A stretch of 64,000 bases of DNA from Oceanispirochaeta sp. (GTDB lineage Bacteria; Spirochaetota; Spirochaetia; DSM-2461): NCBI GenBank assembly GCA_963663385.2, contig CAXXXD010000002.1, positions 1,376,001 to 1,440,000 of the forward strand, written 5' to 3'. The notes beneath the pieces are model-generated. The model was not told the origin of the DNA and did no database searches. It was given only the letters and a program-made list of their open reading frames with translations. This document shows positions 9,951 through 19,823 of the stretch, in pieces; within the stretch, counting starts at the first letter, position 1, and each line of letters begins with the position of its first letter. The position numbers and the translations under genes are program-made.

Positions 9951-11075
9951 ATGCAGACCATTATTGAAAGCTCTCTGGCAGAGATGGATTTCACTGCCCT
10001 GGGGATTCAGGATCAGGTGCTCCTGGTTACCGGGAAGGGGTCTTATAGGGGCAGCGGAGCGGCTGCTGTTCTGGATGGGAAACTGCAGGGAAAGACCGTT
10101 TGCCGTTTTTCCGGTTTTGAAACCAATCCCCGTCTGGAAGATGTGGTCAAAGGTATCCGTCTGCTGGATACGGCCAAACCCTGTACCATTATGGCGGTAG
10201 GGGGCGGCAGCCCCATGGATATGGCCAAGCTGATCAAGGCTCTCTCCGGGCAGAAAGGGGAACTTGCCGATTATATCAAGGGAAAGGATAAGCCCTTACC
10301 CAATCCTCAAATCAATCTGATAGCCATCCCCACCACATCCGGTTCGGGGAGCGAATCCACTCACTTTGCGGTGGTCTATATCAATAAAGTAAAATTCTCC
10401 CTGGCCATTCCTGAACTTCTGCCTGAAACAGTCATCCTGGATCCGAATCTGACGGCCAGCATGTCTCCCTATCAGACAGCCTGTTCCGGATTTGACGCCC
10501 TGGCCCAGGCTGTAGAGTCCTACTGGTCGGTTAATGCCGGCGAAGAGTCCAGAGAGTACTCCCGGGAAGCCGTCACTCTTGTTGCAGAACACCTGGAGAG
10601 AGCTGTGAATGCTCCCGCCCCTGAGAATAGAGCAGCCATGCAGAGGGCGGCCAACCTGGCAGGCCGGGCTATAAACCTGACCAAAACCACCGCGGCTCAC
10701 GCCTTCTGCTACTTTCTGACCTCCCGTTTCGGAACACCCCATGGTCATGCCGCAGGTCTGCTGCTGGGAAAGTTCTTCATTTTCAACAGCCGGGTTTCGA
10801 AACAGGATCTCTCTGATCCCGCCTCTTCGGTGGAATCTGTCAGAAACTCCATTGATGAACTGAGCGGGATGCTGGGAGTGGAAACCGCAGAAGAGGCCGA
10901 TCACTACCTGTCAATGCTGCTGGAGAAGTGCGGCCTGGAATCGGATATCAATAAAATCATGGACCTTGACAGATATTACGATGATTTCTACAGCAGTGTT
11001 AATGTGGAACGGCTGGGGAACAATCCCCGCAGGGTTACAGACAGGGCGGAACTGCTTAAACTGCTTGAATCCTGA
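9951..11075 (+). CDS. Iron-containing alcohol dehydrogenase, probable phosphonoacetaldehyde reductase (2-HEP forming)
   Basis: GGGSPMDMAK, IPTTSGSGSE, DALAQAVESYWS, TTAAHA, PHGHA and ERLGNNP motifs; operon context. Confidence 0.85.
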   Translation: MQTIIESSLAEMDFTALGIQDQVLLVTGKGSYRGSGAAAVLDGKLQGKTVCRFSGFETNPRLEDVVKGIRLLDTAKPCTIMAVGGGSPMDMAKLIKALSGQKGELADYIKGKDKPLPNPQINLIAIPTTSGSGSESTHFAVVYINKVKFSLAIPELLPETVILDPNLTASMSPYQTACSGFDALAQAVESYWSVNAGEESREYSREAVTLVAEHLERAVNAPAPENRAAMQRAANLAGRAINLTKTTAAHAFCYFLTSRFGTPHGHAAGLLLGKFFIFNSRVSKQDLSDPASSVESVRNSIDELSGMLGVETAEEADHYLSMLLEKCGLESDINKIMDLDRYYDDFYSSVNVERLGNNPRRVTDRAELLKLLES

Positions 11076-11110
11076 TCCGGATTCAAACGGTATTAATCAA
11101 TTTCTTTCCT

Positions 11111-12760
11111 TCAGCATCTCAGGATTGTCAGACCGGCGTTTTTCATTTCCCTCTTCTCCCTGTACATCTTCCGGTCCGCTTCAGCCAGGAGTGAATGTAT
11201 TTCCTTATCATCGGAGAGGTCATTAAGCACGCAGATCCCATGGCTGAAAGATAGCATATAGTCCCTGTCCATGGTCATGTTCAACTTCTCCGTATTCTTC
11301 AGTATGCGGCTCCAGATTTCATCAAACTCCAGTTCATATGTCTGGGGGCAGATAAGAAGGAATTCATCACCTCCCATCCGAACGGCCATATCCGATCCAC
11401 GTATGGTTTTATTCAATATCCCGGCAAAATCCGTCAGCAGTTTATCTCCCGCGTTATGCCCCAGATTGTCATTTACCGACTTCAATCCGTTTATATCGAT
11501 ATAGCAGATAATCAGAGGAAGGTCAGAACGACGGTTCCGGCTCTGAATAGCCCGGAAGTACTCTTCCCAGTATGCCCTGTTATAGAGTCCGGTCAGGTCG
11601 TCCGTCTGAACCTGCTGAAGGAGGAATCTTTCCCGCATTTTTACATCCTGTATTCCCTGAGTCAGGATAAGAACACAGTCTTCCTCTCTGTCCGCGCCGG
11701 GCTGAAGGGTTAAATGGATCCTGTACCAGAGGGTTTTCCCCTCTTTATGTATCATTTTAAGATCCATGAAGGACGGGCCTTTTCTGCCTGTTACAACCTC
11801 TTCCCACAGGATGCGAACCGACGGGATAAATTCGGGGTCAACAATATGATCCATCATCCATTCCAAATCCAGCTGATACTGCCCGTGCTCATACCCCAGT
11901 GTTTCCGGCAGGAGATTGTTAAAAGCATGATCCAGTCTTCCTGATTTAATGTTAAAGGCGTATAAACCCATCTGGCCTGCATAGAGGGCATTGGTCAGTT
12001 GAAGATTGTTTACCCTCTCCTTTTCCGTAAGCCTGTGCAGGTGTTCCGTCTGGGAGTCGATAATCCTCTGCAGGTCTTTCCGGCTCAACAGCAGATGCCT
12101 TGAGGGATGGCTGTGAGCGGGATTGGAATTCGTCAGGATACTTATATAAACGATGACCAGGCAGAAACTGAAAAGGATAATCAGGCTTTTAAACCCGGTG
12201 GTGCGTACCATCAGCCTGATATAACTGGATATGGCCAGATCTATACATACAGCGTAGGGATTTCCTGCAGGGGAGTTCAGAGGGAGAATGATCGTCCGGA
12301 AATGCCCCCACTCATCCCGGTAGTTTATGAAATCCCGTTCTCCTTTCTCCAGGGCCTGATAGAATTCATTCGGGGCGGACTCGTACTCGAAAAAGTACCA
12401 GCGCTCCCGATCCAGAGCTTCCTCAGCCGAGACGGTCGGGGCTGTCATATAGAGTTTTCCCTCTTTTTCTATCAGAGTATAAACCCAGGCCAATCCGTTG
12501 TACCTGGCATAATCATTAAAAAGTTTCCGGTTCCACAGTTCTTCTTCAAAGCTGATACTGTCGGCATCTACCGCCCGGTCATGAAAATCCTTTTCCAGAA
12601 GGAGGGGAACGCTCCGGGCCAGACTCAGCAGCCACTCATCTATTCTCTTCAAATCCCTATGAAGATCAATAAGGGCAATCAGTAATACCGGGATAAGAAA
12701 AGCCGGTCCGATATAACGGAATGAGTGTTTTAGTGTTGAAATGAAATGGATTTTCCTCAA
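11111..12760 (-). CDS. Membrane sensor diguanylate cyclase (periplasmic sensor, PAS-like, GGDEF)
   Basis: DDLTGLYNR, RGSD I-site and GGDEF; two TM segments. Confidence 0.9.
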   Translation of the reverse strand: MRKIHFISTLKHSFRYIGPAFLIPVLLIALIDLHRDLKRIDEWLLSLARSVPLLLEKDFHDRAVDADSISFEEELWNRKLFNDYARYNGLAWVYTLIEKEGKLYMTAPTVSAEEALDRERWYFFEYESAPNEFYQALEKGERDFINYRDEWGHFRTIILPLNSPAGNPYAVCIDLAISSYIRLMVRTTGFKSLIILFSFCLVIVYISILTNSNPAHSHPSRHLLLSRKDLQRIIDSQTEHLHRLTEKERVNNLQLTNALYAGQMGLYAFNIKSGRLDHAFNNLLPETLGYEHGQYQLDLEWMMDHIVDPEFIPSVRILWEEVVTGRKGPSFMDLKMIHKEGKTLWYRIHLTLQPGADREEDCVLILTQGIQDVKMRERFLLQQVQTDDLTGLYNRAYWEEYFRAIQSRNRRSDLPLIICYIDINGLKSVNDNLGHNAGDKLLTDFAGILNKTIRGSDMAVRMGGDEFLLICPQTYELEFDEIWSRILKNTEKLNMTMDRDYMLSFSHGICVLNDLSDDKEIHSLLAEADRKMYREKREMKNAGLTILRC

Positions 12761-12962
12761 ATGATTCCTCTGGTATATAATATTACCCTATAAAATGAAC
12801 TAAAACAGCCTGAAATTCCATTATCTGAAAGATTTTACGAATAAAACACGGGTCTGTCGGGAACAGTCCGGGAGATTGGAATCCTACCTTGTCGAAATCT
12901 GTAAAATACCCTAAAATTACGCCATTATAATTTAGAAATTCACACCCGATAGGAGAACAGTT

Positions 12963-15900
12963 TTGTATACACCGGTAGATCCCAGAGTCAGCTTCCCCGA
13001 AATGGAAGAAGCCATAATGAAATTCTGGGAAGAACAGAATATTTTTGAAAAGTCCATCACCCAGCGAGACGGGGCGGAAGACTTCGTTTTTTACGACGGT
13101 CCCCCCTTTGCCACCGGGCTGCCTCATTTCGGCCACTTTGTACCGGGGACTTTAAAAGATATTATTCCCCGCTATCAGTCCATGAAAGGGAAGCGTGTTG
13201 AGCGACGCTTTGGATGGGACTGCCACGGGCTGCCTGTCGAGTATGAAATGGAAAAGGAGCTTGGAATCTCCGGTAAAACCGAAATAGAAAAGTTCGGAGT
13301 CGCCAGGTTCAATGAGTCCTGTCGTTCCATCGTTCTCCGGTTTACCGGCGAATGGCGTCAGGTCATTACCCGTATGGGACGCTGGGTCGACTTTGACAAT
13401 GACTATAAAACCATGGAAACCGACTATATGGAATCCATCTGGTGGGTGGTGAAATCTCTCTGGGATAAAGGCCTTATCTATAAAGGACACTATATCCTGC
13501 CTACCTGTCCCCGCTGTTCCACCCCCCTGTCCAACCACGAGCTGAACCTTGGCGGATACAAAGATGTTAACGATCCGGCCATTACCATTAAATTCAAACA
13601 GCTGGATGAAGAAAATACATGGTTCCTGGCCTGGACCACTACGCCCTGGACTCTGATCTCCAACCTGGCCCTGACACTGGGAGATGAGATTGACTATGTT
13701 AAAGTAAAAGACGGGGATGAGAACTATATACTCGCCAAAGAGCGCCTGTCTGCCTACTACAAGTCGGAAGAGGACTACGAAATACTCTGGACTAAAAAGG
13801 GTAAGGAACTGACCGGTCTCTCCTATGAGCCAATCTTTCCCTATTTTAAAGAGAGGGCCGAAGAGGGCGCTTTTAAAACCTTTACGGGGGAACATGTTAC
13901 AATCGAAGACGGTACGGGTATTGTTCATACCGCCAGCGGCTTCGGTGAAGAGGACTATGCCGTACTGAAAGACACCGGCATTACCGTTGTCTGCCCTGTG
14001 GATGATGAAGGGAAATTCACTAAAGAAGTACCCACCTATGAGGGACGTTTTGTTAAAGACTGCGACAAGGATATAATCGCCCGCCTGAAGGAAGAGGGAA
14101 AGCTGGTTAAACGGGATCAGATTCTTCACTCCTATCCTCACTGCTGGCGCTGTTCCAGTCCCCTTATCTACAAAGCCGTGGGAAGCTGGTTTGTAGACAT
14201 CGGTAAAGTCAAAGAGAAGATGCTCAACGCCAACAACCAGATCAACTGGGTTCCCGAGCACCTGCAGAAGGGGCGTTTCGGCAAGTGGCTGGAAAATGCC
14301 CGGGACTGGGCTATCAGCCGTAACCGTTACTGGGGGAACCCCATTCCCATCTGGGAGTGCGACGAATGCGGTAAGCAGGAGTGTATCGGCAGCCGGGCGG
14401 AACTGAAAGAAAAATCCGGTACGGAAGTGGAAGATCTTCACAAGCACTTTGTGGATGATATTACCTACCAGTGCACCTGCGGCAGGGGAACCATGAAGAG
14501 GATCCCCGAAGTTCTGGACTGCTGGTTCGAATCGGGATCCATGCCCTATGCTCAGGTTCACTATCCCTTTGAGAATAAAGAGTGGTTCGAAAAGAATTTT
14601 CCCGCCAGGTTCATCTGCGAAGGCCTTGATCAGACCAGGGGGTGGTTTTATACCCTTACCATTCTGGCGGCCTCCCTGTTTGACAGTCCGGCTTTTGAAA
14701 ATGTTGTGGTAAACGGTCTGGTACTGGCTTCGGACGGGAAAAAAATGTCCAAATCCCTCCGGAATTTTACGGACCCCATGGAAGTTATCAACAATTTCGG
14801 CGCCGATGCGCTCCGTCTCTTTCTTATGAATTCGGCGGTTGTCCGGGCGGAAGGTCTTAAATACTCCGATGATGGTGTAAAAGAAGTTCTAAAGAGTATT
14901 ATCATTCCCCTGTGGAATTCCTACAGCTTTTTTGTCACCTATGCCAATATCGATGAAGCCAAACCCGGCGAAGCGCCTGTGAATCCCGAAAATCCCCTGG
15001 ACCGCTGGATTCTTTCCGAAAGCAGCCATCTGGTGGAAGCCGTTACGGAACAGCTGGATGCCTATGATATCCAGAAAGCCATCGAACCGATTATCAATTT
15101 TATTGATCTGTTGAACAACTGGTATATCAGAAGGTCCAGACGGCGGTTCTGGAAGAGTGAAAACGACGGCGACAAAATGCAGGCTTACGGAACTCTCTGG
15201 AGTGCCCTGATGACTCTTGTTAAGGTGGCTTCTCCCTTTATCCCCTTTGTTACCGAAGAGATCTACCGTAACCTGAAAACTGACGATATGCCCGAGTCTA
15301 TCCACCTCTGCGACTATCCCGTTGCGGACGGGGATGTCCGGGACAGGATTCTGGAAAGAAAGATGGATCTGACCCAGCAGGCTGTCAGTATGGGACGGGC
15401 CCTGCGGAGCATGCACAATCTGAAAACCCGTCAGCCCCTGAAAGCCCTTCATCTGGTAACCCGGGATGTGGAAGAGAAAAAGATCCTGAAGGAAATGGCT
15501 GAAATAATAGAGGAAGAGCTGAATGTAAAGGATGTTATCTTCCGTGATAATGAAGAAGACCTGGTGGAGTACTCTGTTAAAGCCAACTTCCGTGTTCTGG
15601 GTAAACAGCTCGGCAAGGATATGAAAGCGGCGGCGGCCAAAATTGCCGAACTCTCATCGGGAGAGATTATTTCCCTTATGGACGGCAACACCCTTACGGT
15701 GGATTTTGAGGGCGCCCAGCATAAATCTGTTGAGATCACCCGGGAGAGCGTCGTGATTAACCGCTCGGAGAAGGAAAACCTTAAGGTATTGAATGAAGGT
15801 GCTCTGACAGTAGCGCTGGATCCTGAAATCACGGATGAGCTCTACAAGGAGGGGGTTGTCCGCGATGTGGTCCGGAGTATTCAGAACCTGCGGAAAGAGA

Positions 15901-16097
15901 GCGGTCTGGAAGTAACCGACCGGATCAGAATCTATCTCACCGGTTCGGAGAAGGTGAAAGAGGCTGTCGAAGCTTTTGAAGACCATCTTCTTCAGGAAAC
16001 TCTGGGGGACAAGTGGTTCTGGGAAGACAAGGCGGATGCCCTGTCTATCAGCTGCGGTGAAGATGAAAACTGTCGTCTCGCACTGGAAAAAGTTTGA
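12963..16097 (+). CDS. ileS: Isoleucine--tRNA ligase (type 2)
   Basis: FYDGPPFATGLPHFGH, GWDCHGLP, WTTTPWTL, EGLDQTRGWFY and KMSKS motifs; long C-terminal extension. Confidence 0.97.
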   Translation: MYTPVDPRVSFPEMEEAIMKFWEEQNIFEKSITQRDGAEDFVFYDGPPFATGLPHFGHFVPGTLKDIIPRYQSMKGKRVERRFGWDCHGLPVEYEMEKELGISGKTEIEKFGVARFNESCRSIVLRFTGEWRQVITRMGRWVDFDNDYKTMETDYMESIWWVVKSLWDKGLIYKGHYILPTCPRCSTPLSNHELNLGGYKDVNDPAITIKFKQLDEENTWFLAWTTTPWTLISNLALTLGDEIDYVKVKDGDENYILAKERLSAYYKSEEDYEILWTKKGKELTGLSYEPIFPYFKERAEEGAFKTFTGEHVTIEDGTGIVHTASGFGEEDYAVLKDTGITVVCPVDDEGKFTKEVPTYEGRFVKDCDKDIIARLKEEGKLVKRDQILHSYPHCWRCSSPLIYKAVGSWFVDIGKVKEKMLNANNQINWVPEHLQKGRFGKWLENARDWAISRNRYWGNPIPIWECDECGKQECIGSRAELKEKSGTEVEDLHKHFVDDITYQCTCGRGTMKRIPEVLDCWFESGSMPYAQVHYPFENKEWFEKNFPARFICEGLDQTRGWFYTLTILAASLFDSPAFENVVVNGLVLASDGKKMSKSLRNFTDPMEVINNFGADALRLFLMNSAVVRAEGLKYSDDGVKEVLKSIIIPLWNSYSFFVTYANIDEAKPGEAPVNPENPLDRWILSESSHLVEAVTEQLDAYDIQKAIEPIINFIDLLNNWYIRRSRRRFWKSENDGDKMQAYGTLWSALMTLVKVASPFIPFVTEEIYRNLKTDDMPESIHLCDYPVADGDVRDRILERKMDLTQQAVSMGRALRSMHNLKTRQPLKALHLVTRDVEEKKILKEMAEIIEEELNVKDVIFRDNEEDLVEYSVKANFRVLGKQLGKDMKAAAAKIAELSSGEIISLMDGNTLTVDFEGAQHKSVEITRESVVINRSEKENLKVLNEGALTVALDPEITDELYKEGVVRDVVRSIQNLRKESGLEVTDRIRIYLTGSEKVKEAVEAFEDHLLQETLGDKWFWEDKADALSISCGEDENCRLALEKV

Positions 16098-17080
16098 ACT
16101 TGAGTAATGCGGCCCGGGGGATTTTCCTTCGGGCTTTTTTCAGCCTCTGGGCGGCTGCCCTGTTTCTGGCATCCTGTACAACCCGCCCCGTTCTGCCGGA
16201 AGATGAGGTCGATCCCACTGTATTTCTCCCTGAAGGAGAGGATTTCTATCTCTTAACCCGTCCTGCGGAGCATCGGGAGCTGATACGGGACTTTGTACGG
16301 ATTTTCGTTGAAGCTGATCCCTCCTCGCTGGACAGTGCCCTTGGTCGTACCGAGGAAGCTGTATTCAGCGGAAAGTTTTCAGATCCTGATGCAATACCCG
16401 TAGAAAACACAGATAATCCCATATTCGTGCTGGAAGATCAGTCTCTGCCGCCCCTGAGCGGTCAGGTAAGGGGCGATTTCCCGGCTTTCTTTCTCCGCTC
16501 CTCCCTGCGCGGGGAGGAGGGATGGGAAAAGGCCGGCCGCTATCGCTTTAAAGGACCGGGGGATCTGCTGGTGGATACAGCCTTTAAGGATACCCTCCTG
16601 ATCGGAACGGATACGTCCCGTCTGGAAATCTTATCAGGAAAGATCTCCGGTGAGACAAGGGCTGAGTCTTTCAGTTCCGGTCAGCTTCCGTCCGGATCAG
16701 CCGAATGGTGGGGGGGGGGGATTCCCGCCCTGATGGTGTATATCCCCGTTTTAAACTCTCTGCCCCTGCCGGACAGTCTTCCTGCTGTTCCCGAGGGTGC
16801 TTCAATGGAAGCCGTTCTTACCGAAACAGTCAGTCCGGATTTCTCACTCCGTCTCTATAATCTGGAGATGGCTCTGGAATTCCCGGATTCCCGCAGTGCG
16901 CGCCTCTGGTCTCTGGGGGTCCGTCTATTTCTGGCTGCCCGCCTTGGGCTTTCGGATGTGGAAGAGGAGCAGGCTTCCCTGCGGAATATTTCACTGAAAA
17001 CGGAAGAGAATGTTCTATATCTTAACGGATGGGTTATGAGTTCCGATACCTGGGGCAGGTTTATCGGGTCTTTCCGGTGA
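16094..17080 (+). CDS. Hypothetical lipoprotein
   Basis: Lipobox-like LFLASC after a hydrophobic stretch; overlaps the ileS stop. Confidence 0.65.
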   Translation: MNLSNAARGIFLRAFFSLWAAALFLASCTTRPVLPEDEVDPTVFLPEGEDFYLLTRPAEHRELIRDFVRIFVEADPSSLDSALGRTEEAVFSGKFSDPDAIPVENTDNPIFVLEDQSLPPLSGQVRGDFPAFFLRSSLRGEEGWEKAGRYRFKGPGDLLVDTAFKDTLLIGTDTSRLEILSGKISGETRAESFSSGQLPSGSAEWWGGGIPALMVYIPVLNSLPLPDSLPAVPEGASMEAVLTETVSPDFSLRLYNLEMALEFPDSRSARLWSLGVRLFLAARLGLSDVEEEQASLRNISLKTEENVLYLNGWVMSSDTWGRFIGSFR

Positions 17081-17086
17081 CATCTC

Positions 17087-17182
17087 CCGAACCTCCCCCA
17101 TCCCCTCCTCAGGAGGGGTGCAACCTTCCAGTTACATCTCCCCTTAAGGGGAGACTGAGAGGGGTCCGGAGACCGAGAGGGG
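17087..17182. repeat. REP doublet (REPIN-like), left direct repeat flanking the DUF559 gene
   Basis: Tail plus hairpin CCCCTCC-TCA-GGAGGGG, spacer, hairpin TCTCCCC-TTAA-GGGGAGA plus tail. 17087-17173 is identical to 17665-17751. Confidence 0.92.
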
Positions 17183-17581
17183 ACTGGCCGAGGAGCTCAT
17201 ATTACTAAGTTTTCGTTCAATTCGCATTATTACAGACTTAGGATTACTGATAACATCGCTATTGGTAAATCGAATAACCTCATATCCCAGCTCATTAAGT
17301 CTTTCAGTGCGCAGCAAATCCTGTTCTCTCTGATTTCTATGGATTTCTCCATCAATTTCAATAATGAGCTGTATGCGTAGACAAACAAAATCAACTATGT
17401 ATTGATCAATAATATGTTGTCTTCTGATTCTATAGCCGCATTTCTTATTTCTTAAATATTCCCACATTATACGTTCTGCTGTAGTCGGATTTTTTCTTTG
17501 CTGCTTTTGAAGTTCTCTCAGCTGTTCGTATATGGACTTCTTTGCAGTTATATAAGGTGGCTTAACTCGTTCTTTGTACAT
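17144..17581 (-). CDS. DUF559 / Vsr-like (PD-(D/E)xK) endonuclease domain protein
   Basis: RKNPTTAERIMWEYLR, RRQHII, YIVDF, IIEIDGEIH and D..RT..L...GYEVIRF motifs. Visibly AT-rich versus neighbours. Confidence 0.9.
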   Translation of the reverse strand: MYKERVKPPYITAKKSIYEQLRELQKQQRKNPTTAERIMWEYLRNKKCGYRIRRQHIIDQYIVDFVCLRIQLIIEIDGEIHRNQREQDLLRTERLNELGYEVIRFTNSDVISNPKSVIMRIERKLSNMSSSASPLSVSGPLSVSP

Positions 17582-17664
17582 ATAGAATCTTACATGTAAT
17601 AATTTTTTTCTGATTCAAATATTATTGATAAAATTGCAATGTCTTGAACTGGAAATCCTTAAGG

Positions 17665-17871
17665 CCGAACCTCCCCCATCCCCTCCTCAGGAGGGGTGCA
17701 ACCTTCCAGTTACATCTCCCCTTAAGGGGAGACTGAGAGGGGTCCGGAGACTGAGAGGGGTTCGGAGACTGAGAGGGGTTCGGAGACTGAGAGGGGTCCG
17801 GAGACTGAGAGGGGTTCGGAGACTGAGAGGGGTTCGGAGACTGAGAGGGGTCCGGAGACCGAGAGGGGTCC
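17665..17871. repeat. REP doublet, right direct repeat, ending in eight tandem 18-bp units GGAGACYGAGAGGGGTYC
   Basis: Tandem units at 17728-17871; same doublet as 17087-17182. Confidence 0.92.
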
Positions 17872-17932
17872 CTTGCCACCGGACAACCATTTCTATATTC
17901 TTATATGTATCTCTGAATAGAAAGGTAATAAT

Positions 17933-18538
17933 ATGATTGGTGTGGTGGATTACGAAGCGGGTAATCTGAAAAGTGTTGAGACCGCTCTGGCTTTTGTGGG
18001 TGCGGATTTCTTTATTTCATCCGATCCCGACAAACTCTCACAGGCTGATAAACTGATCTTTCCTGGTGTGGGAGAGGCTGCGGCAGCCATGAAAGTATTG
18101 AAAAACTCCGGTCTGGACCGGGTTCTGGTGGATTTCGCAGCAGCGGGAAAACCTCTTTTCGGCATCTGTCTGGGGAGTCAGATCCTCTTTGAATATTCCG
18201 AGGAATCGGATACAACCTGTCTGGGGATACTGCCCGGACAAGTCCGGCAGTTTTCTTCAGGGATGGGACTGAAAATCCCCCATATGGGATGGAATACCCT
18301 GAAACACAGCAACCACCCCCTTTTTAAAGATATACCTCAGGATAGTTCCTTCTATTTTGTCCACTCCTACTATGTGGAGGTATCTTCCCCTGACTATGTT
18401 ATAGGCACAAGTGATTACGGAATCGAATTTACAGCTGCCGTAGCCAGAGGCAATGTTATGGCCACCCAGTTTCACCCCGAAAAGAGCGGGGAGTGGGGAC
18501 TGAAAATCCTGGAAAACTTTATGGATCTGGAGGTATAG
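17933..18538 (+). CDS. hisH: Imidazole glycerol phosphate synthase, glutamine amidotransferase subunit
   Basis: PGVG, GICLG, PHMGWN, YFVHSY and QFHPEKS motifs. Confidence 0.95.
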   Translation: MIGVVDYEAGNLKSVETALAFVGADFFISSDPDKLSQADKLIFPGVGEAAAAMKVLKNSGLDRVLVDFAAAGKPLFGICLGSQILFEYSEESDTTCLGILPGQVRQFSSGMGLKIPHMGWNTLKHSNHPLFKDIPQDSSFYFVHSYYVEVSSPDYVIGTSDYGIEFTAAVARGNVMATQFHPEKSGEWGLKILENFMDLEV

Positions 18539-18540
18539 GT

Positions 18541-19305
18541 ATGCTGCAGAAAAGGATTGTCGTCTGCCTTGATGTGAGAGACGGGAAAACTACAAAGGGG
18601 ATAAAATTCAAGGGAAATATCGATATAGGCGATCCTGTGGATATGGCTGCCGAGTATTACCGTCAGGGTGTGGATGAACTCGTTTTTTACGATATTACAG
18701 CCTCTGCCGAGAAGCGGGGCATTATGATCGATGTGGTCAGGCGTGTAGCTGAAACCATCTTTATTCCTTTCTGTGTCGGCGGGGGAATTTCCACTGTGGA
18801 GGATATGCGGGCTGTCCTGCTGGCTGGTGCGGAAAAAATCAGTATTAACTCTGCGGCTGTACGTAACCCCGATATAATAGACGGAGGGGCTCGGCAGTTT
18901 GGAAATCAGTGTATTGTTTTAGGTATGGACGCTTTGGCTGATCCGGCTATGCCTTCGGGTTACAGGGTTGTGATCGACGGCGGGCGGAAGCATACGGATA
19001 AAGATGCCCTGGCCTGGGCTAAGGAAGCGGAAGCCAGAGGTGCGGGCGAAATCGTATTGAATTCCATCGACGCCGACGGCACCCGGGAAGGGTATGAGCT
19101 GACAGTTACCAGGCTGATCAGTGAAAATGTGGGTATTCCCGTGGTTGCTTCCGGCGGAGCCGGGACACCGGAGCATCTGGCATCAGTTCTGACGGAAGGA
19201 AAAGCCGATGCCGCTCTGATTGCCAGTATGGTCCATTTCGGAGACTATACGGTTCCGGGAATCAAGGATTACCTTCATAAAAAAAGCATCCCGGTCAGGC
19301 TGTAA
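18541..19305 (+). CDS. hisF: Imidazole glycerol phosphate synthase, cyclase subunit
   Basis: [25 protein letters not shown] and ASGGAG motifs. ATG at 18541 follows GGAGG. Confidence 0.95.
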   Translation: MLQKRIVVCLDVRDGKTTKGIKFKGNIDIGDPVDMAAEYYRQGVDELVFYDITASAEKRGIMIDVVRRVAETIFIPFCVGGGISTVEDMRAVLLAGAEKISINSAAVRNPDIIDGGARQFGNQCIVLGMDALADPAMPSGYRVVIDGGRKHTDKDALAWAKEAEARGAGEIVLNSIDADGTREGYELTVTRLISENVGIPVVASGGAGTPEHLASVLTEGKADAALIASMVHFGDYTVPGIKDYLHKKSIPVRL

Positions 19306-19440
19306 AGCCGTTCTGTCTGCCTTCCGGAAGTTAATTTCCCCCATAATAGGGGGATAATCGCTTGCCTTTGAACTTGAAAATCAGTATATTTTATTCAAAA
19401 TAATGGAATTGCCCCTCCAGAGAAAGGAGAAATTTAGAAT

Positions 19441-19722
19441 ATGCCTACATACGATTATGAATGTAAAAACTGCGGACATCTGTTTGAATATTTTCAGTCC
19501 ATGACTGATGAACCTCTGACAACATGTCCCGACTGTCAGACCGAATCTCTCAGGCGCCTTATCGGAGGTGGTATGGGGGTTATTTTCAAGGGCAGCGGGT
19601 TTTATGTAAACGATGCCAAAAAGAGTTCCAGCACCTCAAAACCCCTGACGGATAAGACAGCCAATACCGGGAATAAGGAATCCAAAGCTGATACAGGCAG
19701 TTCTAACAGCCAGACTGCGTGA
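19441..19722 (+). CDS. FmdB-family zinc-ribbon regulatory protein
   Basis: MPTYDYECKNCGH..CPDC and IFKGSGFY motifs. Confidence 0.9.
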   Translation: MPTYDYECKNCGHLFEYFQSMTDEPLTTCPDCQTESLRRLIGGGMGVIFKGSGFYVNDAKKSSSTSKPLTDKTANTGNKESKADTGSSNSQTA

Positions 19723-19743
19723 CTGGATCAGTAATCTAAGCCT

Positions 19744-19778
19744 AAAAAAAGGAACCGGCCGGTTCCTTTTTTTTTTTT
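19744..19778. terminator. Intrinsic terminator (bidirectional shape)
   Basis: AAAAAAAGGAACCGGCCGGTTCCTTTTTTTTTTTT. Confidence 0.85.
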
Positions 19779-19823
19779 GATGTATTTATCAGGGCAATTC
19801 TGTAGAGACGGGTTTTGAATCAA

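Noticed and set aside
12761..12962. T-box riboswitch upstream of ileS
   Set aside because: No T-box consensus or terminator/antiterminator seen.
7478..14561. Long antisense ORFs (e.g. 7478-8617, 13152-14561; also 22924-23928, 33128-34090, 53193-54104)
   Set aside because: Shadow frames of well-supported genes, with no recognisable motifs.
17622..17936. ORFs encoding (VRRLRG)n, (PSQSPN)n or (RTPLSL)n
   Set aside because: These are translations of the 18-bp tandem DNA repeat, open in several frames. The plus-strand ORF overlaps the hisH start, but there is no other coding evidence.
17933..19305. hisH/hisF as LPS-tailoring WbuY/WbuZ paralogs
   Set aside because: No neighbouring N-acetyl-sugar amidotransferase, host-like composition and canonical motifs.
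19802..19819. GTAG-type REP fragment (GTAGAGACGGGTTTTGAA)
   Set aside because: Only a left arm is present and no RAYT gene is in the window; insufficient to call.
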